A stretch of 64,000 nucleotides of DNA, taken from positions 64,001 through 128,000 of the IMG/VR virus record IMGVR_UViG_3300027863_000019, one strand, 5' to 3'. The position numbers and the translations under genes were made by a program. The DNA is from a virus. Positions 17,049 through 26,869 of this stretch are shown piece after piece. Position 1 is the stretch's first letter. Each line of letters opens with the position of its first letter. The notes under the pieces were generated by a model. The model did not search any database. It saw only the letters and a program-made list of their open reading frames with translations, and was not told the origin of the DNA.

Positions 17049-17053
17049 AACTT

Positions 17054-17503
17054 ATGATTGTCAAACTGATAGCTGCTCTTGAAGTTGATGATGAAGCTTT
17101 TCTTGGAATCGTTGCTGAACTAAAAGAAAAACTTAAAGCTGATGCGAAGATCATCGAGACGAATTCGGATCTTGAAACGCTCCCCGCTATCAGTCAGTAT
17201 TGGTTAGCTCAGCGAGCTGATCTTGAATTCTTTAAAAGGCAAATCGAAAGAGACATTCGAATTGTCTCCGGTCCATTTCTAGCGAAGATTCAAAAATCGC
17301 ATTATGTAACAAGTAAAATTCTTGAAGCAGCGTTGCAGGAAGATCAAGAGTATGCCAAATTAATGGATAAGCTGTCAAGAATAACTTATGTCTTGGACTT
17401 AATTAATTCGACTGTCACTAGCCTTTGGTTCAAACGCGATTCACTTGTGAACCTTTCTATCACTCAGAGAAAACAGCTGTCATTTGAACAGCGCGAGTAC
17501 TAG
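17054..17503 (+). CDS. helical protein, possible UvsY-like recombination mediator
   Basis: Helical, about 150 aa, upstream of SSB and RecA; call is largely contextual. Confidence 0.4.
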   Translation: MIVKLIAALEVDDEAFLGIVAELKEKLKADAKIIETNSDLETLPAISQYWLAQRADLEFFKRQIERDIRIVSGPFLAKIQKSHYVTSKILEAALQEDQEYAKLMDKLSRITYVLDLINSTVTSLWFKRDSLVNLSITQRKQLSFEQREY

Positions 17504-17531
17504 AAATGGGTAGCGGAGTTTATAATCCTTT

Positions 17532-17596
17532 TGCATGGCTTGAGGCTGGATTCATCCAGCTCTCTAGAAGCCCTCTGAAGCCGTGGGAACATTCAC
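17532..17596 (+). mobile_element. TnpB right-end/omegaRNA fragment
   Basis: GGCTTGAGGCTGGATTCATCCAGCTCTCTAGAAGCCCTCTGAAGCCGTGGGAACATTCAC matches about 42942-43002. Confidence 0.9.
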
Positions 17597-17650
17597 AATA
17601 AACAATATAAACTTTTAAACAGTGTTTAATTACACAGGAGGAGAACTGCT

Positions 17651-18472
17651 ATGACATTCTTAGACGCACTAAAGAAACAGTTGGACCCGGAGTCATTTCG
17701 TAAGCTTGCTGATGTCCGCTCTGCGGTAGAAGGCCGTTTTATGAAACTCGCTGACGGTATTAATACCGTCAGGATCTTGCCTGCTTATAAAGAAGGTGGA
17801 TTATGGTTTCGGGAAGTAAGGAACCACTTTAAAGTTGGTGGTGGAGAAAGAAATCGTGTGTGCGTTTGTAACGCTGCCGAGACTCCTCCATCAAGATGTT
17901 TCGTCGACGATGCTATTACAGTCTTAGCAATGTCGCCGAGTAAGGAAGATCAGGAAGCGGCTCGTAATATGAAAGCTAGTCGGGTCTTCTGGGTTAACGC
18001 TTATGATGTGAAAGCCGAAGAGCCCGTGGTAAAAATTTTACCTTTGAGCTTTACTGTCTTTGGACAGGTCTTTCAGCTATTCATAAGCGGCGAAGACTTC
18101 GTTCATCCCGAGACTGGATTCAATGTGATTATTACAAAGAACCCGGGAAATCGATATAACGTCCGTTTAGATCGTCAATCTTCGGCGATCGCTAACGAAG
18201 ACCTGCTAGGTCAATGTCATGACCTGGATGCAATAGTTCAAAATCAGCGTCGTAGTTATGAAGAGCAGAAAGGTTACTTTCCGCCTGAACTAGTTGCTCG
18301 TGTTGAGAGCTCTTTAGGTGGAGGTAAATCTTTTGAGGGTACTGGCACTATTACTCCAGAAGCACCTATCAAAGAAGCTAAAGATACTGGAGGAGATAAT
18401 ATCAAATCTGGTATGGATAAGTTGAAAGGTGCAATCGCAGGCGAAAAAGTCGTTCTCGGCGAGATCGACTAA
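17651..18472 (+). CDS. gp32-like single-stranded DNA-binding protein
   Basis: FMKLADGINTVRILP, His/Cys metal ligands, VFWVNAY, HPETGFNVIITK, acidic end; AGGAGG RBS; next to RecA. Confidence 0.7.
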   Translation: MTFLDALKKQLDPESFRKLADVRSAVEGRFMKLADGINTVRILPAYKEGGLWFREVRNHFKVGGGERNRVCVCNAAETPPSRCFVDDAITVLAMSPSKEDQEAARNMKASRVFWVNAYDVKAEEPVVKILPLSFTVFGQVFQLFISGEDFVHPETGFNVIITKNPGNRYNVRLDRQSSAIANEDLLGQCHDLDAIVQNQRRSYEEQKGYFPPELVARVESSLGGGKSFEGTGTITPEAPIKEAKDTGGDNIKSGMDKLKGAIAGEKVVLGEID

Positions 18473-18525
18473 TTATCTCAATGATCATGCCCGGGGGCTT
18501 TGGCTCCCGGGCTTCTAGAGTTTAT

Positions 18526-19530
18526 ATGAGCCAACTGCGCGAAAAGTTAGGTGCTTTAGATCTAGACTCTCCTGAATGCCACGCCAACGTCAAGGAATTT
18601 ATTCCGTCTGGAATTCCTACATTTGATATTATTACAGGAAGAGGTGGAATTCCTGTAGGAAGAACTATCAGCTTAGTAGGAGAACCTGGAACTGGAAAAA
18701 GTTCTCTTGTCTATTCAATTCTTTCATCCGTTCAAAAACGTGGGGGAATTAGTGTTCTCATCGATAGTGAATACTCTTTGGAGGTTGAGCGAGCCAGGAT
18801 TGTAGGTCTAGACACTAATGAACTAATTAAATTCGAAGATGTACAACTTGAGCAAATAGTTCCTCTCATAGAAAACGTTATAAAGCTTGTAAGAGCAGAT
18901 AATCCTGATAAGTTGTTATGTATTGCTTTAGATACATGTTCTGCGCTTGCGAGCGAATCTGACCTGTCTATGGCAGAGGGAAAGTCAACTCAGCCCGGAA
19001 TGCACGCACGATATTTCAGTCAAGCTTTTCGAAAAATTGTTGGTTTGATTGCAAAGACTCGCGTTGCATTAATCTTAGTACATCAACCAAGAACGAAAAT
19101 TATGACGATGGGTTATGGAAGTCCTTTAACGTGGTTAGCTAAAAACCCTACCACGTTTTACTCTTCCATGATTTTCCAGCTTGCTAGATTTCGTTATGTC
19201 AAGCAAGGACAAGATCCCATTGGCATTGAAGTTAAAGCAAAATGCATTCGTAATAAGTTAGCACCCCCTTTAAAGGCTTGTAACTTTATCGTTCGCTGGG
19301 ATTCAGGAGTAGATGGAGTAACTCCAATTTTGGATCTGCTTATTATGGCAAAAATTGCACTTAAAAAAGGAGCTTGGACAACATTGCCGAATGACGTAAA
19401 AGTTCAGTCAAGTACTTTTCGTGACTACTACCGTGAACATTCAGAACAAGTAGATTTGTGGGTAAAAGAAGCAATGGAAAATTTGACTGATGCTGACATG
19501 GACGAAGAAAAAGATCCAGAGGTAGACTAA
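18526..19530 (+). CDS. recA: RecA/UvsX recombinase
   Basis: GGIPVGR, Walker A GEPGTGKSS, LIDSE, KCIRNKLAPP; track start 18481 lies in a hairpin, so ATG 18526 preferred. Confidence 0.88.
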   Translation: MSQLREKLGALDLDSPECHANVKEFIPSGIPTFDIITGRGGIPVGRTISLVGEPGTGKSSLVYSILSSVQKRGGISVLIDSEYSLEVERARIVGLDTNELIKFEDVQLEQIVPLIENVIKLVRADNPDKLLCIALDTCSALASESDLSMAEGKSTQPGMHARYFSQAFRKIVGLIAKTRVALILVHQPRTKIMTMGYGSPLTWLAKNPTTFYSSMIFQLARFRYVKQGQDPIGIEVKAKCIRNKLAPPLKACNFIVRWDSGVDGVTPILDLLIMAKIALKKGAWTTLPNDVKVQSSTFRDYYREHSEQVDLWVKEAMENLTDADMDEEKDPEVD

Positions 19531-19532
19531 AA

Positions 19533-19667
19533 ATGGTGAGAAAGGAAGGTAGTAAGTGGGTTGTACGCGCTGAATCAACTGGACGTATTCTTGGAAAGCA
19601 TCCTACTAAACGGGAAGCTTTAAGGCAACTGAGAGCCGTTGAGGCGAACAAACACGGGAAAAAATAA
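19533..19667 (+). CDS. small basic phage protein (44 aa, not in ORF track)
   Basis: MVRKEGSKWVVRAESTGRILGKHPTKREALRQLRAVEANKHGKK; GAGG RBS. Confidence 0.65.
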   Translation: MVRKEGSKWVVRAESTGRILGKHPTKREALRQLRAVEANKHGKK

Positions 19668-19728
19668 GCGCGATCCAGCAATTATCTTTAAAACTTCAAG
19701 CCAATTTTGATTGGTATGTAGCAATCGT

Positions 19729-19744
19729 CAGAGGGAGCATTCAC
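19729..19744 (+). mobile_element. minimal TnpB right-end remnant upstream of TerS
   Basis: CAGAGGGAGCATTCAC, 14-nt identity to the other right-end copies. Confidence 0.55.
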
Positions 19745-19756
19745 GCGAGGTTAGCA

Positions 19757-20305
19757 TTGAAGAACAATATTGAATTGCATAAACAGGCTTTTGAATTATA
19801 CGTTCAAGGGTTGACGCTCGAAGAAATTGCAGGTAAATTAAATGTTAGCCCCAATACTTTAAAGTATTGGAAGTCAGCGCACTGCAAGTGTACCTGTTCA
19901 TATCATGCTTGGGTGGATTTCAAAAGAAAGATGCAAGTTCAAGTCCCTCAAGTAGTTTCTGAGGCAGTAGTTACAGCTCTTCAACCCAAATATACCGCTC
20001 ATCAATTAATCGGTCTCTTAGAATCTATTTGCTCTGACGCGTTAGAAAATAAGAAGCTTAGACCTCAGACATGGAAAGAACTTTTAGAAACATTTAAATT
20101 AATCCTTGAATTAAAACGTGCGTATGGAACAGAAGAAACAGTTGAAAGTTCCTTTGATATTTTTCGAGTTAAAGGTAAACTGGATATTCACAAATTTGTT
20201 AATGACTTCATGAAGGTGGCAGAAACTCAAGGAGATGTTGAGGCAACCGAAGTTGCAGCATTAATTGAACACACTTTAGGGAGAACGCATGATACTGAAA
20301 GCTAA
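19757..20305 (+). CDS. putative terminase small subunit (N-terminal HTH)
   Basis: AFELYVQGLTLEEIAGKLNVSPNTLKYWK HTH; upstream of TerL. Confidence 0.6.
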   Translation: MKNNIELHKQAFELYVQGLTLEEIAGKLNVSPNTLKYWKSAHCKCTCSYHAWVDFKRKMQVQVPQVVSEAVVTALQPKYTAHQLIGLLESICSDALENKKLRPQTWKELLETFKLILELKRAYGTEETVESSFDIFRVKGKLDIHKFVNDFMKVAETQGDVEATEVAALIEHTLGRTHDTES

Positions 20306-20888
20306 TTGGTTATTGGGCGTAGCTTTTACCGGATCTGAAGGTAGTGGTAAAACTACATTGATTAATCGTCTCGCGGAAGTTTTAAACGTCCCTAAAACCG
20401 TTAACGTTGTCAGAGAAGCGGTAAAGGAAATGGGTTTAGAAAAGCCTCCCGTTTTTGGAACTGACAAAGAACTAACCAGAGAATTCCAATCTTGGTTACT
20501 CCAGAAACGATCGATTAGAGAAAAGTTTATACTCAGTCCATTTCTCGCTGATCGTTCATCTATTGATATGTTTGCATATACTCTAAGTCATCTTGCGCGT
20601 GAAGACGATATGCAAGCTTTTCTTAACGATTACTATCGCCAGTGTGTTGACTACGCAAAGTCAATGTACGAGTTTCATTTCTTCGTACCTTCAGGAAGGA
20701 TTCCGTTGGTTGATGATGGCCTTCGAAATACTCAACCAAACAACGCCCGTTTAATGCATTTCATTATATTGGGCATGTTGAATAACGAAAATATTAAACA
20801 CCACGTAATCCAAGCATCAGGGCTGGATGATAGGGTTGATGAGGTGTTGTGGGTAATGAGGGAGAATGGCCTCATCAAGTCAGTTTAA
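20289..20888 (+). CDS. P-loop nucleotide kinase (AAA_28/thymidylate kinase-like)
   Basis: FTGSEGSGKTT, LADRSSID, DDGLR. Confidence 0.75.
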   Translation: MILKANWLLGVAFTGSEGSGKTTLINRLAEVLNVPKTVNVVREAVKEMGLEKPPVFGTDKELTREFQSWLLQKRSIREKFILSPFLADRSSIDMFAYTLSHLAREDDMQAFLNDYYRQCVDYAKSMYEFHFFVPSGRIPLVDDGLRNTQPNNARLMHFIILGMLNNENIKHHVIQASGLDDRVDEVLWVMRENGLIKSV

Positions 20889-23382
20889 GCTGAGTCAACT
20901 AAAAAAGAATGAACTCCAAGTACTTCGAACCGCAGCAGAAGAACGATTCGACTTCTTCAATGCTGCCTTTCTCGACACGATTCTTCAGCCATTTCATCAG
21001 AGATGGTTTGAATTTCAAATGGCGAATCCGAGGACCTTAGTACTTGGTCCTCGTGGTTCGTGGAAGTGCGTTGGTGATGATACTCTTGTCGCTACTCGCG
21101 AAGGTCTGCAGTACTTAAAAGAAGTTCTTCCTTATAGTGAAGTAACCCTCCCCTTCTCTACTTCAACGGATTTAATTGTCAATTCATGTCTCGGCGAAGC
21201 TAAAGCTACGCAATTATTCTCTAATGGTATTGATAATATCTTAGAGATCGAGACTGAAGATGGCTATGTTCTAAGATGTACTCCTGAACATCGTTGGCTA
21301 GTGTGGAATGGTTATCATCTTAAATTTCGTGAAGCTCAAGCCCTAACTCCTCACGATCGATTTGTCTTCCGTTGTAACTGGCGTTGTTTCGTTCCTAAAG
21401 ATTCGAATCCCTTTAACGTTTCTCCGGAACTTTGGTTCTCAGCGCTTAGCTATTTCTATGCTGCTTATCCGAACTGGCATACAATTTGGAGGGCAACTAG
21501 AACTCGTCAGCAAATTGGGATTCCACTTTGGCGCCACTTTAACCATAAAGAATGGAAATCCCTTCCCCCCGAATTCGAAAAATATTTACAAGAAAATGGA
21601 TTTGATGGAAGCCCATTGCTTCCTAAACCATTAAGAGCTTGTACCTTTTCTGCGGCTAGAACTATTGCGAAAACTTTATGGTGGTATAATCGTTATATAA
21701 AGTTCACGCAGCCTCAAGCCATTGAAGTACAGAAATGGTTTTTAAATTTAGGATTTCCTTTAACACGTTATGGTTCTACGTTACTCCAGAAGAGCGCCAC
21801 ATTGCGTAAGTACTTTTGGAATTTGTTAAATGGATATACCGACACTTGTGATTACACAGAATCTCAAATTGCTGAACTTGCGGGAATATTGGCTGTTGAA
21901 ATTCAAAGAGATCCTTTTGTTGCTCCTATCACTAAGTTTAAGCTTGAGAAGGAATGCAAGTTGGATTTCAAACGCTATCCTAAGAAAGCACAAAGATTTG
22001 TTGAACAAAATTTAAGTGTCATTCCTGGCATTAAAAACTTTTCGTTCTTGTTTAAGTTTCCTCACTTCTTGCAACGCATTAAAGAAATAAAGAAGTCAAA
22101 AGGCTTAACAATTGATTTAACAACTACTGAAGGAAATTATTTAGCGAGTGGCGCAGTTTGTCATAACTCCACAATACTTGGACAGCATTATGCTATTTGG
22201 CATGCACTTCGTAATCCAAATATTCGAATTGGATTAATTTCTAAATCCTCACTTCTCTCATCAAGTTTCGTTAGTAAAATTAAAAATATGCTTGAGACCA
22301 ATGCCAAGATGCAAATGGTCTGGCCTGATTTAATTCAACCAGCAAAGGCGCAGAAGTGGAATAATGCGGAAGTGACTTTGATGCGTTCAATGCCGTTAGC
22401 GGAAGCTACATTTACTGCTCTTGGTGTTGGATCGACCTTGGCTGGTAAGCACTTTGATATTTTAATCTTTGATGATATTGTAGATGTTGAATCAAGAGAT
22501 TCTGCTGCTTTACGGCGTAAAATTTGGGATTGGTTTAGATTTGTTGCAATGCCAACTTTAAGCGTATCACATGAGACTGCTGCACACGTAATTGGAACTG
22601 CTTATCATAGAGAAGATTTATATCATAAAATCTTATTAATGGAAGCTGAGCAAGGTGGTTGGAAGTCAATGATTCAAGCTGCTATTAATGATGACGGCAC
22701 ATCTTTTTGGGAAGAGAATTTCCCTTTAGAGAAACTACAACAAATTGAAGCTATGTACGGACCTGATGTATTCAGGTTACAGTACCAGAATGATGTTAGT
22801 TTCTCGAGTGGTAGTGGTTTGATTTCGGTTGAAGATTTTGAAATGAGTTACTATGAGCCCCATGAAGCAATACCCGATAACTTAGATATCGTAATGGGAG
22901 TCGATCTCGCAGCACCAGGTACTGATAAGTCAAACCAACATAGTATGTTTGCTATCGCGATCGTTGGTCAGGAAAGAGGAACTAGTAGAACATTCCTTCT
23001 TGACTTTATTCAAAGAAGAAACTTGAGACTTGTCGATCAGCGCGACTTAGTTACTAGTTTTTACTTGCGCTATCCCCACATGCACTCAGTTCAGATTGAA
23101 GCGTATGCTGTTCAAACTTACTTTCATGAGTATCTAGCAGAAGGAGATGTTGTCCTTCCTGTTGTGAAAGTTCATACTACTGGATCAAAAGAATCGCGCT
23201 TCGAATTTCTAACCCACCTAGTTAAATCCCAAAAGCTACTCATCCGTCGTGATTATCATAACGAATTTATCAATGAGATGATAAGCTTTCCAAATACAAC
23301 TGCTGACCTAATTGACGCTGTTTATATTGCGGTGAAGGGATTGGTCCGTGAACCAAATATAAGATTTGTAAGTTTATGGTAA
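20866..23382 (+). CDS. terL: terminase large subunit with intein
   Basis: Walker A PRGSWK|intein|ST, GKHFDILIFDD Walker B, IGT coupling motif, nuclease MGVDLA and DLIDA. Confidence 0.9.
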   Translation: MASSSQFKLSQLKKNELQVLRTAAEERFDFFNAAFLDTILQPFHQRWFEFQMANPRTLVLGPRGSWKCVGDDTLVATREGLQYLKEVLPYSEVTLPFSTSTDLIVNSCLGEAKATQLFSNGIDNILEIETEDGYVLRCTPEHRWLVWNGYHLKFREAQALTPHDRFVFRCNWRCFVPKDSNPFNVSPELWFSALSYFYAAYPNWHTIWRATRTRQQIGIPLWRHFNHKEWKSLPPEFEKYLQENGFDGSPLLPKPLRACTFSAARTIAKTLWWYNRYIKFTQPQAIEVQKWFLNLGFPLTRYGSTLLQKSATLRKYFWNLLNGYTDTCDYTESQIAELAGILAVEIQRDPFVAPITKFKLEKECKLDFKRYPKKAQRFVEQNLSVIPGIKNFSFLFKFPHFLQRIKEIKKSKGLTIDLTTTEGNYLASGAVCHNSTILGQHYAIWHALRNPNIRIGLISKSSLLSSSFVSKIKNMLETNAKMQMVWPDLIQPAKAQKWNNAEVTLMRSMPLAEATFTALGVGSTLAGKHFDILIFDDIVDVESRDSAALRRKIWDWFRFVAMPTLSVSHETAAHVIGTAYHREDLYHKILLMEAEQGGWKSMIQAAINDDGTSFWEENFPLEKLQQIEAMYGPDVFRLQYQNDVSFSSGSGLISVEDFEMSYYEPHEAIPDNLDIVMGVDLAAPGTDKSNQHSMFAIAIVGQERGTSRTFLLDFIQRRNLRLVDQRDLVTSFYLRYPHMHSVQIEAYAVQTYFHEYLAEGDVVLPVVKVHTTGSKESRFEFLTHLVKSQKLLIRRDYHNEFINEMISFPNTTADLIDAVYIAVKGLVREPNIRFVSLW
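21067..22167 (+). mobile_element. intein (367 aa) in TerL Walker A
   Basis: Starts CVGDDTLV, block B LRCTPEHRW, ends GNYLASGAVCHN before Ser. Confidence 0.9.
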
Positions 23383-23541
23383 TGATTTTATGTGGTTACA
23401 ACTACGCAAGGTGAATGGACTAGAAATAATAAAGAACGTAAACGAGCAAACTTTTGGGATTTTCGAATCCCCGTGTTTGTGTCCCTCTAGAAAATTTCTG
23501 ACAAAATGACTTTAGTAGGTCGGCCTGTAAGGAGCAATACT

Positions 23542-23778
23542 ATGGCAAACAATAAATTAGGTTATGATGTCATTAGTCTATATGATGATTTCCCGCTAGC
23601 TGAGGAAGGTAAGGTGGATGGACTTCCAACAGTTGTCCCCGCCGGAAAATTCGGCATGTCGGTTACAACGATTGGAACTCCTGGCGCTTTAAATAAGCCG
23701 GGTGAAGTTAGTGTTGGCGGTTCTCCAGAGACTCCAAAGAAACCTGGTGGAGATGTCAACATCGGTGGAAATAAGTAA
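23542..23778 (+). CDS. small Gly/Pro-rich protein
   Basis: AAGGAG RBS before ATG 23542; KPGG motifs. Confidence 0.6.
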   Translation: MANNKLGYDVISLYDDFPLAEEGKVDGLPTVVPAGKFGMSVTTIGTPGALNKPGEVSVGGSPETPKKPGGDVNIGGNK

Positions 23779-23799
23779 AAATTTTTGGAGGTGAACTTC

Positions 23800-23994
23800 A
23801 TGAAAGACGTTCGCAAGTATATTGGTCAACCTGGTGGAACTGTAACAACTCCTGGTGATAAGCCTGTAGCACCTAAACCTGGTGGAACTGTTACAACTCC
23901 AGGGACCAAACCAACAGCAGGAAAACCTGGCGGGACCATGAACTGGCTGCCTGGCAAGGGCAACGTTGGAGTAACACCAGAGAAATATGGTTAA
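23800..23994 (+). CDS. small protein with PGGTVTTPG repeats
   Basis: GGAGGTG RBS; QPGGTVTTPGDKP, KPGGTVTTPGTKP, KPGGT. Confidence 0.65.
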   Translation: MKDVRKYIGQPGGTVTTPGDKPVAPKPGGTVTTPGTKPTAGKPGGTMNWLPGKGNVGVTPEKYG

Positions 23995-23996
23995 CC

Positions 23997-24034
23997 ATTA
24001 AAGGAGTTAGTTGCCCTTAACTAACTCCTTTAAT
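23997..24034. terminator. perfect inverted repeat, possible terminator
   Basis: ATTAAAGGAGTTAGTT-GCCCTT-AACTAACTCCTTTAAT. Confidence 0.6.
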
Positions 24035-24153
24035 CTGGGACCTATTATTTTGGTTTCGTCAAATTAAAAACTGAACGTTTTTTCGTTCAGTATTTTCAAT
24101 TACGTGATGAGGTTTGCGTGTCCTTACTAGACCGACCGGCTGAGAAAAGAACG

Positions 24154-24234
24154 AACTACAACTTTTTTGATTTAATCAATTCAGAAGAGAAAACTTATTG
24201 GTTAGGGTTTCTTTATGCTGAGGGAGCTATATAG
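24154..24234 (+). pseudogene. LAGLIDADG homing endonuclease remnant
   Basis: NYNFFDLINSEEKTYWLGFLYAEGAI*, typical first motif of phage free-standing LAGLIDADG endonucleases, then truncated. Confidence 0.65.
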
Positions 24235-25695
24235 ATGAGTCTTTTGGCGGACGTTTGTAAGGCATTACAACCAGTCAATAAGAAGGTTATGCTAAAGCCG
24301 GGGTCAAACTTGACTCCAAAAGACGCAGCCTCACGTTCGTTATTTTACGAATATACGGCACCTCCAATTAACTTTAACATGCTACTCAATATTTACACCC
24401 AGAACCCTTGGGTGTATGCTGCTGTGTACCTAATCTCAAGTACCGCGTCTTCGGTACCTTTTTCTTTATATACTCGTAAAGCTCGTCACCCACTTGATCC
24501 AGATCACTGGCTTTGGGATATAGTAAAGCAAGCCAATCCTTGGATGACCTTTACCGAATTGTTAGAGTATACCTTCTTGAGTTTAGAATTAATTGGTAAT
24601 GCATTTTGGGAAGTTGTAAGAAATGAAAATGGTTATGTAAGAGAGATTTATTTCTTAGACCCCGCACAAATGAGAATCATTCCGGATGCCATAACCTACG
24701 TTAAAGGATATGTATATGAAGTAGGAGATCAAAAGATCTATTTTAATCCTGACGAAGTCATTCATTTTAAATATCCTAATCCATCAAACGAATATTGGGG
24801 TTTGGGTTGTCTTCAACCTATTTGGCAACAGTTGATGTTAGATTATGCTGCCAACGAATATAATTCAAGATTTTTTGCTAACGATGCTACACCTGGTGGA
24901 GTTATCGTCACTCCTCGAATTTTAACAGATACAGTTTACAATCGCTTAGTTTCTAAATGGGAGAACAGGCATAAAGGATCTTCAAGAGCATTTAATGTAG
25001 CTATCCTTGAAGATGGAATGGATTTCAAACCTATCGCTGTTACTCCGCAAGAAGCCTCATTCTCTGAAATGAGGAAGTCGGTACGAGATGCCCTTTTTGT
25101 TGGAATGGGAGTTCCTCCCGTATTAGCTGGTGTGCCTGATGTAGCAAACTACTCAACTGCTCGGGTCGCACAAGCTATTTTTTATGATAGCACTATCGCA
25201 CCTAAACTTAAAAAGGTCGGTAGTGTTATTGATCAGAGACTCATTAAGCCTTCGGATCCAACGGTAATAGGCGCATTTGATACTTCTACTGCTCCTATTA
25301 ATGTCATTAAACTTTCTGCTAACTCAAGAATTGTAGCTCGTCTTGTGCAAGCAAAATTAATGACCTTGAACGAAGCTCGATCACTTTTAGGCTTACCACC
25401 AGTAGTTGGCGGAGATAAACTTCCCGGATTGGATTATCAGTTAGAAGACGTTTCAGGTGTTCCAGCTAGCGAACCGAGTGCTCCAGAAAGACCGTTAACT
25501 CCGGTGGGAGTAGGATCTGGTAACAGTGAAACTGATCCAGGAAAGCCTCCTTCAGATAGTGGAAGAAATGACGGGAGCCAGGACGGTGAAGGTTCAAAAC
25601 CTAGTCCTCAATCTGCTGGTCCTGGATGGATTCCTGGAAGCGCTGGAGATTCATCACCGCAAGCTGCTACTGGTGAAACTGAGGACAGCGACTAG
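24235..25695 (+). CDS. portal protein (HK97-like)
   Basis: NPWVYAAV, ANPWMT..E, GNAFW, EVIHFKY, FFANDATPGG, ILEDGMDF, GVPPVLAG, MTLNEARSLLGLPP. Confidence 0.93.
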   Translation: MSLLADVCKALQPVNKKVMLKPGSNLTPKDAASRSLFYEYTAPPINFNMLLNIYTQNPWVYAAVYLISSTASSVPFSLYTRKARHPLDPDHWLWDIVKQANPWMTFTELLEYTFLSLELIGNAFWEVVRNENGYVREIYFLDPAQMRIIPDAITYVKGYVYEVGDQKIYFNPDEVIHFKYPNPSNEYWGLGCLQPIWQQLMLDYAANEYNSRFFANDATPGGVIVTPRILTDTVYNRLVSKWENRHKGSSRAFNVAILEDGMDFKPIAVTPQEASFSEMRKSVRDALFVGMGVPPVLAGVPDVANYSTARVAQAIFYDSTIAPKLKKVGSVIDQRLIKPSDPTVIGAFDTSTAPINVIKLSANSRIVARLVQAKLMTLNEARSLLGLPPVVGGDKLPGLDYQLEDVSGVPASEPSAPERPLTPVGVGSGNSETDPGKPPSDSGRNDGSQDGEGSKPSPQSAGPGWIPGSAGDSSPQAATGETEDSD

Positions 25696-25738
25696 TCTCT
25701 GAGTAGAGGAACACTATGAAAGCAAGGGGCATAGTCTA

Positions 25739-26869
25739 TTGAAGCTAAATCTTATAACTCCAACGTCAATTAGAAAAGTTAGCGACCGCGAACTGCTTTC
25801 GCTGCATTTTCGTTTGCATGAATTGGCTGCCCCTTTTATTAGAAAGAACGATTTAGAGAATCCAAAATTTCAAAATATCGTTCTACGCCACAAAATAATT
25901 ACGTTTGAAATGATTCGCCGCGGAATTAGGTACCGCATTGTAGACTTATTAGATAAGCTCGCTTATCCTGAAGTCGAAGATTTCGCCAGTCGTTTCTCTC
26001 AATTGATTCCAAGTAAGCTCCAAGACCTTCCTAAAAGCGAATTGATCAAGCTTCATAATCAATTACATTCTGTTTGGGAAATAGTTCATTTGAGAGACGT
26101 TACCGTTCAGCAACAAGAACAATTGTGGAACTGGCACCGTTTAGTAGAACGTGAACTTCAGAATAGGGGAACCGAGGTTCCTCAGAATTGGGATTCTTTA
26201 GATAGGCCACTGGGAAGAGCAATGAATGCAGGAACTAGAACTCATCCTTCGGGTGAAGAGCAAGGTCCTTGGGTTTTTGTTGAGGATGTTATCAAATATA
26301 TTCCATCTCAAACTATTGTCCTTGAACATGCGGCTTTGATCGATTCTCAAAAGAAATTGATTTGGCTCTCAGATATGGGAGGCAGCCAACTCATTAAAGT
26401 AATGTTCTTTAGAATCCTTCGCCAATTTCCGCGTGAAGAGTGGGGAGCATTTAAAACTGTGGGGTTAGATCAAATGACCTCAATAGATGTAGCTTATGAT
26501 CTAGTCCTAAAGAAATTAGATCCATTGCTAACGATTCAATTAAACCTGCAATTTGAGAATCTTTGTTTGGTTAAACCTTATTTATATTTCGTTGGTGGTA
26601 TGGCGACACAGGGAGCATCGAAGAACGATATTGATGTAATGCTTCGTAAAGGCCTTGAACCTCAACTCGAACAAAAGATTTTTCACTCATTCATAGGTAG
26701 ATTTCCCGAACGATTTAGAACTCGATTTACGATGGTAGATGACTCTGGTCTATCACCCTTTACAAGTTATATTGGAGTAGCTTCCCTTGATCTTATGCGC
26801 TCTTTTAAAGTTCAACTTCCCGACTCGGATGAGGCAGATATGGAGATTCCCAATGGCAACGGATCGTAA
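25739..26869 (+). CDS. head-region protein with two helical repeats and a pol-beta-type nucleotidyltransferase motif
   Basis: Repeats DRELLSLHFRLHEL / KSELIKLHNQLHSV; YFVGGMATQGASKNDIDVML (hG[GS]...DxD). Confidence 0.6.
   Translation: MKLNLITPTSIRKVSDRELLSLHFRLHELAAPFIRKNDLENPKFQNIVLRHKIITFEMIRRGIRYRIVDLLDKLAYPEVEDFASRFSQLIPSKLQDLPKSELIKLHNQLHSVWEIVHLRDVTVQQQEQLWNWHRLVERELQNRGTEVPQNWDSLDRPLGRAMNAGTRTHPSGEEQGPWVFVEDVIKYIPSQTIVLEHAALIDSQKKLIWLSDMGGSQLIKVMFFRILRQFPREEWGAFKTVGLDQMTSIDVAYDLVLKKLDPLLTIQLNLQFENLCLVKPYLYFVGGMATQGASKNDIDVMLRKGLEPQLEQKIFHSFIGRFPERFRTRFTMVDDSGLSPFTSYIGVASLDLMRSFKVQLPDSDEADMEIPNGNGS

Noticed and set aside
24217-24228. GCTGAGGGAGC as another TnpB right-end remnant
   Set aside because: Lacks ATTCAC and is equally explained as LAGLIDADG codons (YAEGA) plus the portal RBS.
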